DNA of 64,000 bases, from NCBI RefSeq assembly GCF_009914755.1, contig NC_060932.1; one strand, given 5' to 3'. Source of the DNA: the human T2T-CHM13v2.0 reference genome, Homo sapiens. The translations under genes and the position numbers were made by a program. Every line of letters starts with the position of its first letter. The first letter of the stretch is position 1. Below the pieces are notes generated by a model. The model saw only the letters and a program-made list of their open reading frames with translations. It was not told the DNA's origin and ran no database searches. This document shows positions 28,261 to 41,902 of the stretch, one piece after another.

Positions 28261-29317
28261 CAGTGTTTCTCAATGTTTGCTTCATGTTTGCCCTCCCTCC
28301 CACCCAGCTCTTGAGGCCAAAGAACCTTTGTTTAGATATGTTTTACTTATCTCCCATGAAATTTTACTACCACAACTACACTGTAGCGTACAGAATAATG
28401 CTCCCCTCCCCAAGATATTCACATCCTGCACCCTGGAACCTGTGAATATCTTACATTACATGGCAAGGAGGGAATTGAGGCTTCAGATGGCATTCAGGTT
28501 GCTAATCAGATGACCTTGAGATGAGATACGATGTGTCAGGCACTATGCTAGGAACAAGAGATGGAGTAGTGATCAAAGCCAGAGACAATTCTTGTTTTGT
28601 AGTCCAGTACATGCATTCTCCATGGGGGTAATATTGCCCCTAATGGGAAAAATAAATTCTCAGGGTGGTGGAAAAAACTTTATTCTCTTCATATATAAAA
28701 CACAGATATGCATAGAGCACAAACACACACACAGAGTTGTATTAGTTTTCTATTGCTGCTGTAACAAGTTACCATAAACTCAGTGGCTTAAAAAAACAGA
28801 AATAATTATCTTACAGTTTTAGGAGCTGTGTCACTGGGCTGAAATCAGGATGTTGGCAGGGCTGCATTCCTTCTGCAGAACCTAGGGGAGAATCTGTTTC
28901 CACGCCTTTTCCAGCTCCTAGAGGCTGCTGGCATTCCTTGGCTGATAGTACCTTCCTTCTATGAGAGACAATTATCTGGGTGGGCCCAGTGTAAACACAA
29001 GGGCCCTTATAAGTGGAAAAAGGAGGCGAGAGAGCCAGTGTCAGAGCGATGCAGTGTTAGAAAGACTTGACTGACTATTGTTCGCTTTGAGGATGAAGGA
29101 AGGTACTATCAGCCAAGGAATGCCAGCAGCCTCTAGAAACTGGAAAAGCTGTGAAAGTAGATTCTCCCCTAGATTCTGCAGAAGGAATGCAGCCCTGCCA
29201 ACATCCTGATTTCAGCCCAGTGACACAGCTTGTAGGACTGTAAGATAATTATTTCTGTTATTTTAAGCCACTGAGTTTATGGTAACTTGTTACAGCAGCA
29301 ATAGAAAACTAATACAA

Positions 29318-29348
<31 letters not shown>

Positions 29349-29455
29349 CTCTATACATATCTGTGTTTTATGTATGAATAGAATAAAGTTTTTTCTACCA
29401 CCCCAAGAATTTGTTTTCCCCATTGGGGCAATATTACCCCCATGGAGAATGCATG
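28261..29455. mobile_element. hAT-Charlie-type MITE split by MLT1D
   Basis: CAGTGTTTCTCAA left end and GGAGAATGCATG right end; internal CCCATGAAATTTTACTACCACA resumes as ATATCTGTGTTTTATG after the LTR. Subfamily uncertain. Confidence 0.55.
28382..29316 (+). mobile_element. MLT1D solo LTR interrupted at ~28530 by an inverted duplication
   Basis: 5' part CAGAATAATGCTCCCC..GTTGCTAATCAGATGACCTTGAGATG; resumes ATTATCTGGGTGGGCCC..ATAGAAAACTAATACA. Confidence 0.85.
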
Positions 29456-29534
29456 TACTGGACTACAAAACAAGAATTGTCTCTGGCTTTGATCACTACT
29501 CCATCTCTTGTTCCTAGCATAGTGCCAGACACAT
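28531..29534. repeat. Long inverted repeat: arms 28531-28959 and 29095-29534, 135-bp spacer
   Basis: Reverse-complement alignment by eye; includes a 102-bp perfectly matched block. Confidence 0.97.
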
Positions 29535-32500
29535 AGTAGGCACCTAATAAGTATTTGTTGAGTAAATGAGTGAATGAATGATTGAATGAGTATGAATTTG
29601 AATTAAGGGCCATAATCCTACTTATGAAAAATAAAAAGGGCTAAAGGACTCCATGTTAGGAACAGAGTGAATCAATGTTTTTGAATAACTATGAGACCAT
29701 AGTGCTGTGAACAGCACGTTCATCACCACGGATTTATCAATTTCCAAATGCACCTGTAAAAATTGGTTAGACCAATGGAGGCACCAGTAGAAAGAGTCTT
29801 GGGAATGTCAGCTCTGGGGTGTGCCATGAGCACAGTTGCAGGCAAATAGCCTTCAGCTATTTGGGGTAATTGCATGAAAGAGCCTCGCATCTAAGGAAAA
29901 GTAATCAAGATCTACTGTGAACTGGGTGAAACTACTTGGCTTATTAATAGTCAAGCATCCTATGTACCAGCTTCCTTTTGTACATTCTCTTTATAGAACC
30001 CATGCACAATCAGTATTTTAATCCCCATTATACAGATGACACAGCTCAGAGAGGCCAAGTCCTTGCTCAAAATCTCTTTACAAAAATTTTCTAGGCACTC
30101 CAAATCTAGAGAAGGAATGCCTTCCAATTCATTGTCATTATTTTAGCTTACCACAAATCTCTAAGATTTGAGTTTAAATGAGTCATTTTTAAGGTTTAGG
30201 TGGAGCCAGGGAACATCAGTGGCATATGCTATTTTTCTGCCAGTTCCCTTTCTTCCCTCTCATTTGCCAAGCGTCCACTCGGAAAGGGCTTTCCAGGGCT
30301 CCAGTGTTGGTGGCCCAGCTTTTGCAGGAGAACCTATGACATCATGTGATTTTCTGGCCACCTTGGCTCTGGGGAAGGTGCAGGCTCTTCCCAGGGCCTG
30401 CTTTGTGTCTCTGTAGTGGTGATGACGAGAGCACTAAGCTCCATTGGATGACAGGACATGCTGGCTTTGGTTTTGCCCCAGCATTGGCAAGTTGAGCACA
30501 TTCCTTTTTGACCCTCCTAGAGCTGCTGTGTGGGGCAGTCAGGCAGAATCACACCATTGGGGTGGATCTAGGGGGATGGAGTGTGGAATGTGCTGAGCTC
30601 TGTCTTCCTTGCCAACTAGGAATGGGAAGACTGGAGGATTGCTGGAGGGAGGGCAGGGGTCTTCATGGAGGTGGGCAAGATGGGAGCCAGGGCCCAGTGC
30701 AGTGCAGGAGGCCTCCGAGGGAGTCATTTCTCAGGCACATGAAGGGGATGGTCTCAGAACCGCACTTGGCAGGGACTGTCTCTTCATTTGATCTTACCAC
30801 ATGGCAGCCTTGGTCTCCAGGGCCATGCATAGCTAACGAGGAACACGTGTCTGGCATTCACATTTACAAATAACTTTCCTGTGCAAGATCTGAGGATGGT
30901 GAATCTTGAGGGGATCTGATCCAATCTCTCCATGGCTGTTTTGCTTCCACATTTTAGCAATCACTGATTCCAGTGCCTACTATGTGCAACAATAATGGGA
31001 AACACAAGCATTTGGATTGCATTTTTCGTTCAACATATTTTTGACTTCCATTATCCAATTTTATCCTATATCCCATCCTGTGAGATTGGATCTTATGCCC
31101 TCATTTTTTTCAGATGAGAAAATTAAAGCTTAGGGGGCAAATTAACATGTACTAGTTTGTTAAGCTGTGGACACTAATAATATGATCTACCATAGTAGTA
31201 ATACTACTGTAAGTGCTTACATTCACTTAATTCTCAGAGCATTATTATTCTCAGTTGACATGTGCAAAACCTGAGGTGCAAAGTGACTAACAACTTGCCC
31301 AAGATCATATAGTCAATAAGAAGAGGGAGGATGTGAATTTAGGCAACCTGGCTCCATAGACTAGTTTCAACCACTGTGCTATCCGACAGAGTAGGGCTCA
31401 ATGCCAGGGCTCAGTGCCATACTGTTCTTTCCTCTCTACCGTGCTACCTTTCTATGCCAAATGATCTGGAATATATAAAGGAAAATGACATTGTTCTTGC
31501 TTATAGTCTTTTGAGGGGAAAGGTGTGCAACAGTTGACTCTTCAGGGTGAAAACACTAAATGCTAAGCTGAGGTCAAGGGGAACTCTAGGGAACCCTGAG
31601 GAATGGCCCAGGAGACCTAGACCTCATAGCCTCCATAGCCCCTTCCCTGCTGATCCTTTTCATACTGGCCTGGCCAGTCCTAATTTCTCTCTGAAATAGA
31701 GTAGCCTTCACAGTTGTCCTGGGTTGGTCATTTTGACCTCATATTTAGGGGTTTGGGGTAATTTCTCTAGGAAGTTTCTCCCTATATGCAGCATGACCAA
31801 TAAGTGTAGAGGTCACCAGCAAGCAAATTGCTCAAAAGAAGTATCACAAACTGTCCTGTACCAAATGCTCTACTTCCTGAAGATGGAGACCCTTTGGGCG
31901 CCTGGCTGGTTCTCACCAACTTGGAAGGATCATGTGTTGCTGCCTCTGTTGGGTGCTGCCATTTATAATCTTGAACTGAACCCAGCACATCATGGCTACT
32001 TTCTCCCAGCTGTGAGCCCAGTTCAGTCTTGCTATACTTCTGGGGTTGATGGTGCAATTAGAGATGTCGTTTAGTTACCATCACCACCATAATTTTGCCA
32101 GAATACCTACAGTTTGGTTGCTTTGATAATCATTTCCTGCTAGCTCTGAAAGTATATCTAGGCCCCCCTGTTGGGGTTCTTGCCTGCTCTTTCCTTGCCC
32201 ACCCCAAGTATACGTCTTTGTCATCATAGCTTGAAACTTCTGGAACTCTGGCCGATTAATGCCTGGTATGGGTATTTAGGAGACATGCATTTGTTTAGTT
32301 CAGGCTTTAAATTAGCCAGGAACCACCCCCTCAAATTGACTTAGAATTTGTTTGACTATTTGATGTTTGGGGAACAAGTTATACGGAAGTTGGTGTCTCA
32401 CTCACCAATAAGGATCTCAGATAGTCTTGCTTTGTGGTTTATAGTGAGAAGGTGATAATCCGTGTTCATGGTTATATCACCAAGTAACATAAAACCATCT

Positions 32501-33568
32501 GATGTCATGTTTCCTTAGCACTTTACTCTTAACCTCGATGTAGCGTTTAGTACCTATATTAGGGTGATTTGTTTTCATGCCTGTTTCACCCATAGACAAT
32601 ATGCTTCTCAAAGTCAGGAATCTGCCTCATTCATTTTTGCATTTTCAGTCCAAGCATAGTACCTGGAACACAATATGTGTAGAAAAATCAAATCAGTGTC
32701 TTTGATCTATTTCATAAATAATTTACTATTGACAACCACTGAATCATAACTATATAGTTATATCTCCAAGTATTAAGTTTTTAGCTTGAGCTGTTTAGTA
32801 AAAACTATAGACTAAACTTCTTTTTTATTTCTGCAGCAATCCTGTGTTCTTCCACTTCTCCAAGCATGTGATGGTACAACTGCTTAGCATGCTGAAGGAA
32901 TCTATTACTTTCACTCATATTGACCATAATTATAGTAACATTCATATTATACTTACTATATGTCAGGTACTGTTTTAAGACCTTCCATGAGTTTTCACAA
33001 CAATCCTGTTATTGCCTTCATTTTACCAAGAGCCAAAGAGACTAGCTCAAGTTGATGCTATCTGGGAAAGCTGGGGTTTGGACCTGGTAGAATGAGTCAG
33101 AGGGCATGCACTTAGATGCTATGTTATGCTTCCTTTTGAGTAACTTCCTTAACCAAGCAACATTTACTGAGATTCTGTGGAATAGATTTTCTCGGATAAT
33201 CTTGACAATGAGACTAAGAGGTGCAATTTTTATTAGTTTCATTTTTCAATTGAGGAAACTGAAGCACAGTTTAAATAGCTCATCCAAGGTCATATCACTA
33301 GTAAGGGGAGAAGACTGAATTTACAAACAGATGCCCTGCTCCTTCTCTCCTATCACTGCTGGCTACAAATCAATTAACTCCAACCATTTCTTTAATTCTG
33401 GGGCCTAGTTTGTCAGAATTTTCACTTTGCCAATTTGAGTCTTAAGAGGCTTTGGAGTTTAACAGACCTGGTTTGAGTCCCTATTCTTCCACTTTCTAGT
33501 TCTGAGACATTGGTCAAGTCAAATTAGCTTCTTGGTGTCTCAATTTCCTTGTCATGAAAATGAGTTTT

Positions 33569-33827
33569 CAAACACTGCATGTTCTCACTTATAAGTGGGA
33601 GCTGAACAATGAGAACACATGGACACATGGGGGGAACATCACACACTGGGGCCTGTGGGGGGAGGAGGGAGAGCATCAGGAAGAATATCTAGTGCATGCT
33701 GGGCTTAATACCTAGGTGATGGGATGATCTATGCAGCAAAGCACCATGGCACACGTTTACCTAGGTAACAATCCTGCACATCCTGCACATGCACCCCTGA
33801 ACTTAAAAGTTGAAGAAAAAAAAAAAA
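33569..33827 (+). mobile_element. Older L1PA (PA13-like) 3' end inserted in a MIR
   Basis: L1 3' UTR plus A tail; TSD GAAAATGAGTTTT (33556-33568) / GAAAATGGGTTTT (33828-33840). Confidence 0.9.
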
Positions 33828-35507
33828 GAAAATGGGTTTTATGTGTGAAAATTAGATGAGAGGATGCCTGAGGGGAGGGCCTGGTGCATGGTCAAGCTCC
33901 GTACATATTAATTTCTATTCACAGGGTTGGCAAGTGGCCACATGGTCCAGTGGCAGAAGGAGGATTTGAACTCACAACTCCCTGCTTGACCTTGTTGAAC
34001 CCCTCTACTTCTCATCTGTTTCCTTGTGTTCTTTCTCTGTATCCTCCCATCTTCACCTTATTTAACGGTTTAATTGGGTAAGGGGGTATGTAAATGCCCT
34101 TTTCAGAATAGGCAAGTTTTATTAAAGGCCCCTTAATTGATTTTAAAGACAAGAAAGTATTGATTATAGAACTAAATAGTTCTGGGAACAATGTCACCGA
34201 GTTAAAGAAGGAGGAGCAATAGCATTAGGTCTGTGAAAATTTGTAGTCTGTGGGCCTATTGTTAGTTAAACCTCAGACAGGTTTTCTGGAAATACCTGTG
34301 TAGAGCAATATATGAATCCTGGAAATAAAAATCAGAAAGATTAGATAACCGCCAGGACAAAACAAAACAAACAAGCACAAACTAAATAAAGGAAAAATAA
34401 AAAGAGATAAATAACAAATACCTTCTTACTCCGATAAAACAGATCTGTCCCATTTAGGAGCTATCAAACAATGTCTGCACTTTAACACCATTCTTTTCAC
34501 TCCATGAATTTCAAATGCCTTAAATACACTAACTTAAGACAAGTTCTCACCTTCTATAGAAGCAAGGTGGAGGTAGGTCAGCCTGCAAGGTGAACTTGGC
34601 TTTCTGGGGGAGGGAGAAGTAGCAGTCTGGCAACTTCACAAGAACCTTTGCTTCTCTGTGTGGCCATGGTCACCTGGCAGCTGCTGTAGCCTGGGCTTGG
34701 GCAGCCCCAGGCTCTAACCCCTTCTCAATAACTGCTTTCCTTTTGCAAAATCATGATGTTCTTTCCCAAGTTAGGAGACAAGAATTTTCTTTTCCAGAAT
34801 GTACTCCGAAGCTAGGATACAATTACTCATCTGGTTTAATTTAAAATGCAAAATCTTTGAAAAATAGGTATTTTCAAAATAAGCATTTTGGTTTGGAGCT
34901 CTGGTTCTCATTAACTTGGCTGAAGCTTTTGATGATATGTTGGAACTGCTTAAACACCAGCTCACACGCCTGCTCTCAGGTGTTCCTAAACCCGCTGCTT
35001 TCCCTGGGGACCGCAGGCCTGCGGCGTCCTGACAGCCCCACACTGTAGCCTGGTGTTCCCCTCGCTCCATCCGTGACTTTTTTGAAAGGGAGCTGAATGG
35101 TTTAATGTGATGTTTTGGTAATCTCTGCCACTCTGCTGAAGTGCACAGGGCAGGAATGACAGTACTTGGGGGTCTGGTTCTGCCTTCAAACACTTGCAAA
35201 AATCCTCTGGTATCCATGATCTCTCACCTCTCCTCCTGTCATGCCACTGTGGCCAGGAACTTACTGTCACTGGAGTTCATTGTACGTGAGTCTTAAAGAA
35301 AAAACTTTGGCTGAGGCTGAAGAGTCTTTCAAGCCTGATAGGGGTGTATTCAGTATTATTAGACCAAGCCAAATGTAATCTCTATAACTACTGTTAAACC
35401 TAGGATGTGTGGAACAAAAAAGACATTCCAGAGGCCTGTCAAATTACATGTCTACTTTAAGGCATTCCTTTTGTCTGTGATGTTCCAAGTACATTAAGAG
35501 CATTTCC

Positions 35508-35825
<318 letters not shown>

Positions 35826-36198
35826 TTACCTTCTGCTTCTCAGGAATAACCTTCTTTAGAGAGGAAGGCAGGAGACTTAGGAATCCTTTTTCTACATACA
35901 GGTTCCCCGGGAAAGGGATAGCAGGGCTCTGAGACTGCAGTCACCTAAATTTCAGGGTTCCAAGCCTTGGGTGTTATGTGTGTGAGACAAGATTTTTCTC
36001 TCAGCATGGTGGTAGAGGTTCTGTACTGTCCACATGAAGCCTCATGCCCCCGACCATCCCTAGAAGCTGTGATTCCACAGAGAGGGTGCGTTTGGAAAGC
36101 CTTCCTCAACCCCTCACTGCTTTGGTAGGACTTCTGTTCAGAAGACTCCAGAAGAGCTTCTCAGCAGCTTCCCATTTAGAAAGTAAGAAAGGATGCTG

Positions 36199-36499
36199 TT
36201 TTTTTGTTTTTTTTTTGTTTTGGAGACGGAGTTTTGCTCTGTTGCCCAGGCTGGAATGAAGTGGCGGGATCTTGGCTCACTCAATTTCTGCCTCCTGGGT
36301 TCAAGCAGTTCCTTCCCTCAGCCTCTTGAGTAGCTGGGATTACAGATACCTGCCACCATGCCTGGCTAATTTTGTATTTTTAGTAGAGACGGGGTTTCAC
36401 CATCTTGGCCAGGCTGGTCTTGAACTCCTAACCTCATGATCCACCTGCCTTGGCCTCCCAAAGTGCTGGGATTACAGGTGTGAGCCACTGGTCCTGGCC
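36199..36499 (-). mobile_element. AluS (Sg-like)
   Basis: Antisense Alu; TSD-like AGGATGCTGT / AGGATACAGT. Confidence 0.93.
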
Positions 36500-36828
36500 A
36501 GGATACAGTCTTAATCTCATTATCCTTCTGATACTTCTGGGGACTCAATCTGCTCAAGCCATAGTCGATTCAACTGTGACCCCACATCCTTGGAATCTCA
36601 GCCCTTGCCCCAGAAGGAAAGCCTCTACTCAGAGTCCTTTTCTCCTCATACTGTCCAGGGCTTCTCCCGTCCTCCTTTACTCTGCTGTTCCTTCTCCTAA
36701 AAGTTCTGTTCTGTCCTGAAAGAGGACAAGGATGCTTGGTCCTTGATCTTAATCTTCTCTGTGAATGTTCTTTTCACCATCTGCTCAGTAGAAACCTGTT
36801 AGAGATCTGTGCTTAGCGTTTTGCTGCT

Positions 36829-37122
36829 ACAAACCCAGTTTCTTACCTCCAATTTTGAAATAAAGAAATGCATTGAGAGCTGAAAGTTTTTCCTGTCCCA
36901 TTTGGTAACAAAAACTTAAGTTGATGTGCAGGTATTTGTTATACTTGCTGTTAATATCCATATATTTCTTTGTAGAAATATGTGTGTTTCATTATGGAGT
37001 GCTTTCCAGGTGTTATGTATTGACTGTATGTGTTCCATTATTAACTTCTCTAAAATCTGAAAAATTCTGAATCCAGAAACACATCTGGCTCCAAGGTTTT
37101 GGATAAGGGACTGCAGGCCTGT
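36829..37122. mobile_element. MER46C-like TcMar-Tigger MITE
   Basis: CTAAAATCTGAAAAATTCTGAATCCAGAAACACATCTGGCTCCAAGGTTTTGGATAAGGGACTGCAGGCCTG. Confidence 0.7.
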
Positions 37123-37626
37123 TTTTCTTTTTTTTTATTATTATTATTATACTTTAAGTTTTAGGGTACATGTGCACAATGTGTAGGTTAGTTACATATG
37201 TATACATGTGCCATGCTGGTGTGCTGCACCCATTAACTCGTCATTTAGCATTAGGTATATCTCCTAATGCTATCCCTCCCTGCTCCCCCCACCCCACAAC
37301 AGTCCCCAGAGTGTGATGTTCCCCTTCCTGTGTCCATGTGTTCTCATTGTTCAATTCCCACCTATGAGTGAGAACATGTGGTGTTAGGTTTTTTGTCCTT
37401 GCGATAGTTTACTGAGAATGATGATTTCCAATTTCATCTATGTCCCTGCAAAGGACATGAACTCATCATTTTCATGGCTGCATAGTATTCCATGGTGTAT
37501 ATGTGCCACATTTTCTTAATCCAGTCTATCATTGTTGGACATTTGGGTTGGTTCCAAGTCTTTGCTATTGTGAATAGTGCCGCAATAAACATACGTGTGC
37601 ATGTGTCTTTATAGCAGCATGATTTA
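37123..37626 (-). mobile_element. 5'-truncated L1PA (PA3-5-like) 3' end
   Basis: T/TTA tail, then ACTTTAAGTTTTAGGGTACATGTG...ATAGCAGCATGATTTA; no clear TSD seen. Confidence 0.93.
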
Positions 37627-38145
37627 AAGCTCTGCTTTCAGGTAAAGTCCTTTTCTCCATTCAGGATGTACTTTCTGCCTATTCCCCATGCCATGTTGAT
37701 ATCATCTGCTCTTCTTCTAGCCATTTCCCTCCACAATAGAGGCTGCTCCTCTCCATCTTTTCCTTCTGCCCTCATCTCTGCACCAAATCCACCCTGACTA
37801 CATTCACTATTTGCCAACCCTGAAGACCCTTTTCGGTCTTAATCTTACTTGCTCTCTCTCTGTCACTAGAAACTGTTCACCTTTTTGTGTTACCATCTTT
37901 TCCTTTACTTTCTTTGGCACCATTCTTCTCTGGTTCTCCTTTCCTTCTCTGACCATGTAACCTGTTAGTGAACTTTCCCAGCCCCTCACCCTCTGCCCTC
38001 TTCTGCTCTCAGAAGTCAGGAGGCAGGAGGGCTGGATTAGCCCAGGGTATTTCAATAGGTCCTCCCTTCCCGTGAGCCCTGCCTTTATCAAGAAAAGGAA
38101 TTATTGAGTGGATAAATGATTTCTCCAGGTTTTGTCCTTGGTCAT

Positions 38146-38908
38146 TGATATAGTTTGGATATTGTCCCCTCTAAATTTCATGTTGAATTATAACCTTCAG
38201 TGTTGGAGGTGGGGCCTGGTGGGAGGTGATTGGATCATGGAGGTGGGTTTCTCATGAATGGTTTAGCACCATCCGTTTGTGATAAGTGAATTCTTGCACT
38301 TATTTATTTATTTATTTATTTATTCATTTATTTATTTATTTAGAGATGGAATCTTGCTCTTGTCACCCAGGCTGGAGTGCAATGGTGTGATCTTGGCTCA
38401 CCGTGACCTCCATCTCCCGGGTTCAAGTGATTCTCTCGCCTCAGCCTCTTGAGTAGCTGGGATTACAGGTGCCTGCCAACATGCCTCAATAATTTTTGTG
38501 TTTTTAGTAGAGACGGGGTTTCACCATGTTGGCCAGGCTGGTCTTGAACTCCTGACCTCAGGTGATCCGCCTGCCTCGGCCTCCCAAAGTGCCACGATTA
38601 CAGGCGTGAGCCACCGTGCCCGGCCAGGTTCTTGCATAGTTATTTTATGCGAGATCTGGTTGTTTAAAAGTCTGGGATGTCCCCCTTCTGTCTCTCTTGT
38701 TCTGCCTCTTGCCATGTGATATGTTGGCCCCCACTTTACCTTTTGCCATGATTGTAAGCTTTCTGAGGCCTCACCAGAAGCTGGGCAGCTCCCTGGTGCC
38801 ATGCTTCCTGTATGGCCTGCAGAACTGAGAGCCAATCAAACCTCTTTTGTTTATAAATTACTCAATCTCAGGTATTTCCATATAGCAATGCAAGGACAGC
38901 CTATTACA
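38146..38908 (+). mobile_element. MST (A/B) MaLR solo LTR containing an Alu
   Basis: TGATATAGTTTGG...CTATTACA; 5-bp TSD GTCAT at 38141-38145 and 38909-38913. Confidence 0.9.
38299..38626 (-). mobile_element. AluSq/Sp-like with (TTTA)n tail, nested in the MST LTR
   Basis: Antisense Alu; TSD core TTCTTGCA on both sides. Confidence 0.93.
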
Positions 38909-39349
38909 GTCATCCTCCTTTCTCACTTTGTAGTCCTCCAGGAGCAATCTCACACACCTATAGCTTCACCTTCAGACCAAGTCTCCCCCTGAACTTTAGA
39001 GAGGGACACACAACTTTCTACAGGATATTGTCAACTCCACTGGATCCTCAGAATCAACATGTCCCAACATCCCCTTGTTGTCTTGATGACCTCCCTGTCT
39101 TTTTTGCACCCATTAACCATCCCCACCTCTGCTCCAAGAATTTTAACTTCTATCCTGTCTCCTCCAGCCTACTCCAGGACCAAACAAATTCAAATATTAA
39201 TACATGGAATTGTTTAATTCCATTAATAAGTAAAACTGTTAGGCATTTCCTTCAGCCTAGGGAACCATGAAAAAGTTACTGAGACACTAAGGGCGTTATG
39301 AAGTGAGGAAGTTTGGGAATCTGTGTAGTATATAGAAAGAGTCCTCATT

Positions 39350-40040
39350 TTGTTTTGAAGACTAGCTACATAGTACCCCTTTGGGTGGATATACGTACTG
39401 TGGTTAATTCTACTGGCTCTCTATTGATGGACCTTTGGGTTGCTTCCAGCTTTTAACTATTTCAAATAGTGCTGAAATAAATAGCCTACGCATGTGCCTT
39501 TTTTGTATCTTTGCCAGTATTTCTGTGGGAGAGATTCCTAGAAGTGGGATGGCTGGGTCAAAGGGTAAATACGTTTGACATTTTGCTAGAAACTGCCAAA
39601 TTCCCCTTCATGGGGGTTGTACCATTTTGCATCACATCATCAAATTATGAGGGTGTCTTTTCCCCAAAGTCTTGCCAACAGAGTATGATGTCAAAGTTTT
39701 GAATTTTTGCCAATATGATAGGTGAGAAATTGTATCTCATTGTAGTTTTAATTTGCATTTCTCTTATTATAAAAGAACTTGAGTGTTTTTTTAAAAATAT
39801 GGTTAACAGTCATTTGTATTTCCTTTCCTGTGAATTGTCCATTTATATTGCTAGTAAAATTTTTATGAGGTGTTTAATCTTTTTCTTCTCCACTTTTAAA
39901 AGTTCTCTCTACATAAATTGCAATTTTTTTGTCCTTTGTGTTTTTAGTTACATATTATGGTGGTGTGTCTTTTTTCTTTACTGTGCAAATTCTTTTATGT
40001 ATCATATGTATATATATGCATTTTTTTTGGTGAACCTTCT
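39350..40040 (-). mobile_element. Old L1ME-type fragment
   Basis: GATTCCTAGAAGTGGGATGGCTGGGTCAAAGGGTAAAT; TCTCATTGTAGTTTTAATTTGCATTTCTC. Confidence 0.7.
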
Positions 40041-40044
40041 GAAT

Positions 40045-41017
40045 TTTTTTTTATACTTTAAGTTCTGGGATACATGTGCAGAATGTGCAAGTTTATTACC
40101 TAGGTATACACATGCCATGGTGGTTTTCTGAACGCATCAACCCGTCATCTACATTAGGTATTTCTCCTAATGCTATCCCTCCCCTAGCCTACCCACCCCC
40201 TGACAGGCCCCAGTGTGTGATGTTCCCCTCCCTGTGTCCATGTATTCTCATTGTTCAACTCCCACTGATGAGTGAGAACATGCAGTGTTTGGTTTTCTGT
40301 TCCTGTGTTAGTTTGCTGAGAATGATGGCTTCCAGCTTCATCCATGTTCCTGCAAAGGACATGAACTCATCCTTTTTTATGGCTGTGTAGTATTCCATGG
40401 TGTATATGTGGCACATTTTCTTTATCCAGTCTATCACTGATGGCATTTGGGTTGGTTCCAAGTCTTTTCTATTGTGAATAGTCCTGTAATAAACATATGT
40501 GGGCATGTGTCTTAATAGTAGAATGATTTATAATCATTTGGGCATATACCCAGAAACGGGATTGCTGGGTCAAATGGTATTTCTAGTTCTAGATCCTTGA
40601 GGAATTGCCACACTGTCTTCCACAATGGTTGAACTAATTTACACTCCCACCGAAAGCGCAAAAGCATTCTTGTTTCTCCACATCCTCTCCAGCATCTGTT
40701 GTTTCCTGACTTTTTAATGATCTCCATTCTATTGGCCTGAGATGGTATCTCGTTGTGGTTTTTATTTGCATTTTTCTAATGACCATTGGTGATGAGCTTT
40801 TTTCATATGTTTGTTGGCTGCATAAAAATCTTCTTTTGAGAAGTGTCTGTTCATATCCTTTGCCCACTTTTTGATGGGGTTTTTTTTTCTTGTAAATTTA
40901 TTTAAGTTCCTTGTAGATCCTGGATACTAGCCCTTTGTCAGATGAATAGATTGCAAAAATTTTCTCCCATTCTGTAGGTTGCCTTTCACTCTGATGATAG
41001 TTTCTTTTCCTATGCAG
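40045..41017 (-). mobile_element. 5'-truncated L1PA (PA7/8-like) 3' end
   Basis: ORF2 C-terminal remnants (CWRGCGE...CKLVQPLWK...PFDPAIP); TSD GAACCTTCTGAAT (40032-40044) / GAAGCTTCTGAAT (41018-41030). Confidence 0.93.
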
Positions 41018-41115
41018 GAAGCTTCTGAATGTTGAATCACAGTTAGGACAGTTTTTTCTATTCTATGAACTCATGTTTTCTTTTAATGCAACTTTGACTT
41101 TGCCATGCCTCTCTT

Positions 41116-41277
41116 TGTCTAGAAAATGGGAAAGACAATCAAAGAAAAATCATGTAAAATTTGGGAGTGCTAAGACACCTTTCCTTACCTCGAAGTGTCA
41201 GGACCTAAAATAAGTTTGTGCATTTTCCTTTTGACATGTAGTCAGTCATCATTTGTATTTGGCTTCAAGTTCCAACT
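41116..41277 (+). repeat. Copy 1 (putative donor) of a 162-bp dispersed direct duplication
   Basis: Aligns ungapped to 43233-43394 with about 12 mismatches counted by eye. Confidence 0.95.
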
Positions 41278-41679
41278 CTTAAAAGGTGGCTATTCCATCT
41301 GGAAAGCTGACTTTAAAATATATCAGCTATAACTGGCAGTTTCCTTTGTTTTACCCCATAAGAGATAGACAAGTTAATTGACTACCAGAGTAGAGACTGC
41401 ATTACGAGTAAAGTAGCAATGGAATTCTAGAGGCTGGTTTGAGTGGCTCATTGGAGTTTGTGTTCATCATTGGCAGAGTTTATGTGTATGTGCATGTATA
41501 TGACAATCTACAAAGGTGCTCTGTATCACATTTTTTTCAAAGTGATGTTGACTTATGGCCTTTCAAATAATGCAGTGCACTGTGTTGCAGGGAAGCAAGG
41601 GAAAGCTTTGTAGAAGGATGAGGTCATGTTTCTACTATAATGTTAGGAAACACTAACTTTGACCCCAATGAAGGGAAAT

Positions 41680-41902
41680 GTTGTCCTTCCCCCCAAATTC
41701 TATTCTTCTCCTTAGTAGATTTGAATTACAAAATACTGTATTTCATTGCATTTTGAATTTTGTTAATAAAAAGTTTGTAGAAATTTGTTTTCAATCTTGT
41801 TATATGAGTATCTACATAATATTCTTGATTTTGCCTTTGGGCCTGCAAAGAGTGAAACATTTTCTATTTGGCTCTATATAGAGAATGTTTGCCAATCTTT
41901 GC
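41680..41902. mobile_element. Charlie1-type hAT transposon end
   Basis: CTACATAATATTCTTGATTTTGCCTTTGGGCCTGCAAAG..TTTTCTATTTGGCTCTATATAGAGAATGTTTGCCAATC. Confidence 0.65.
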
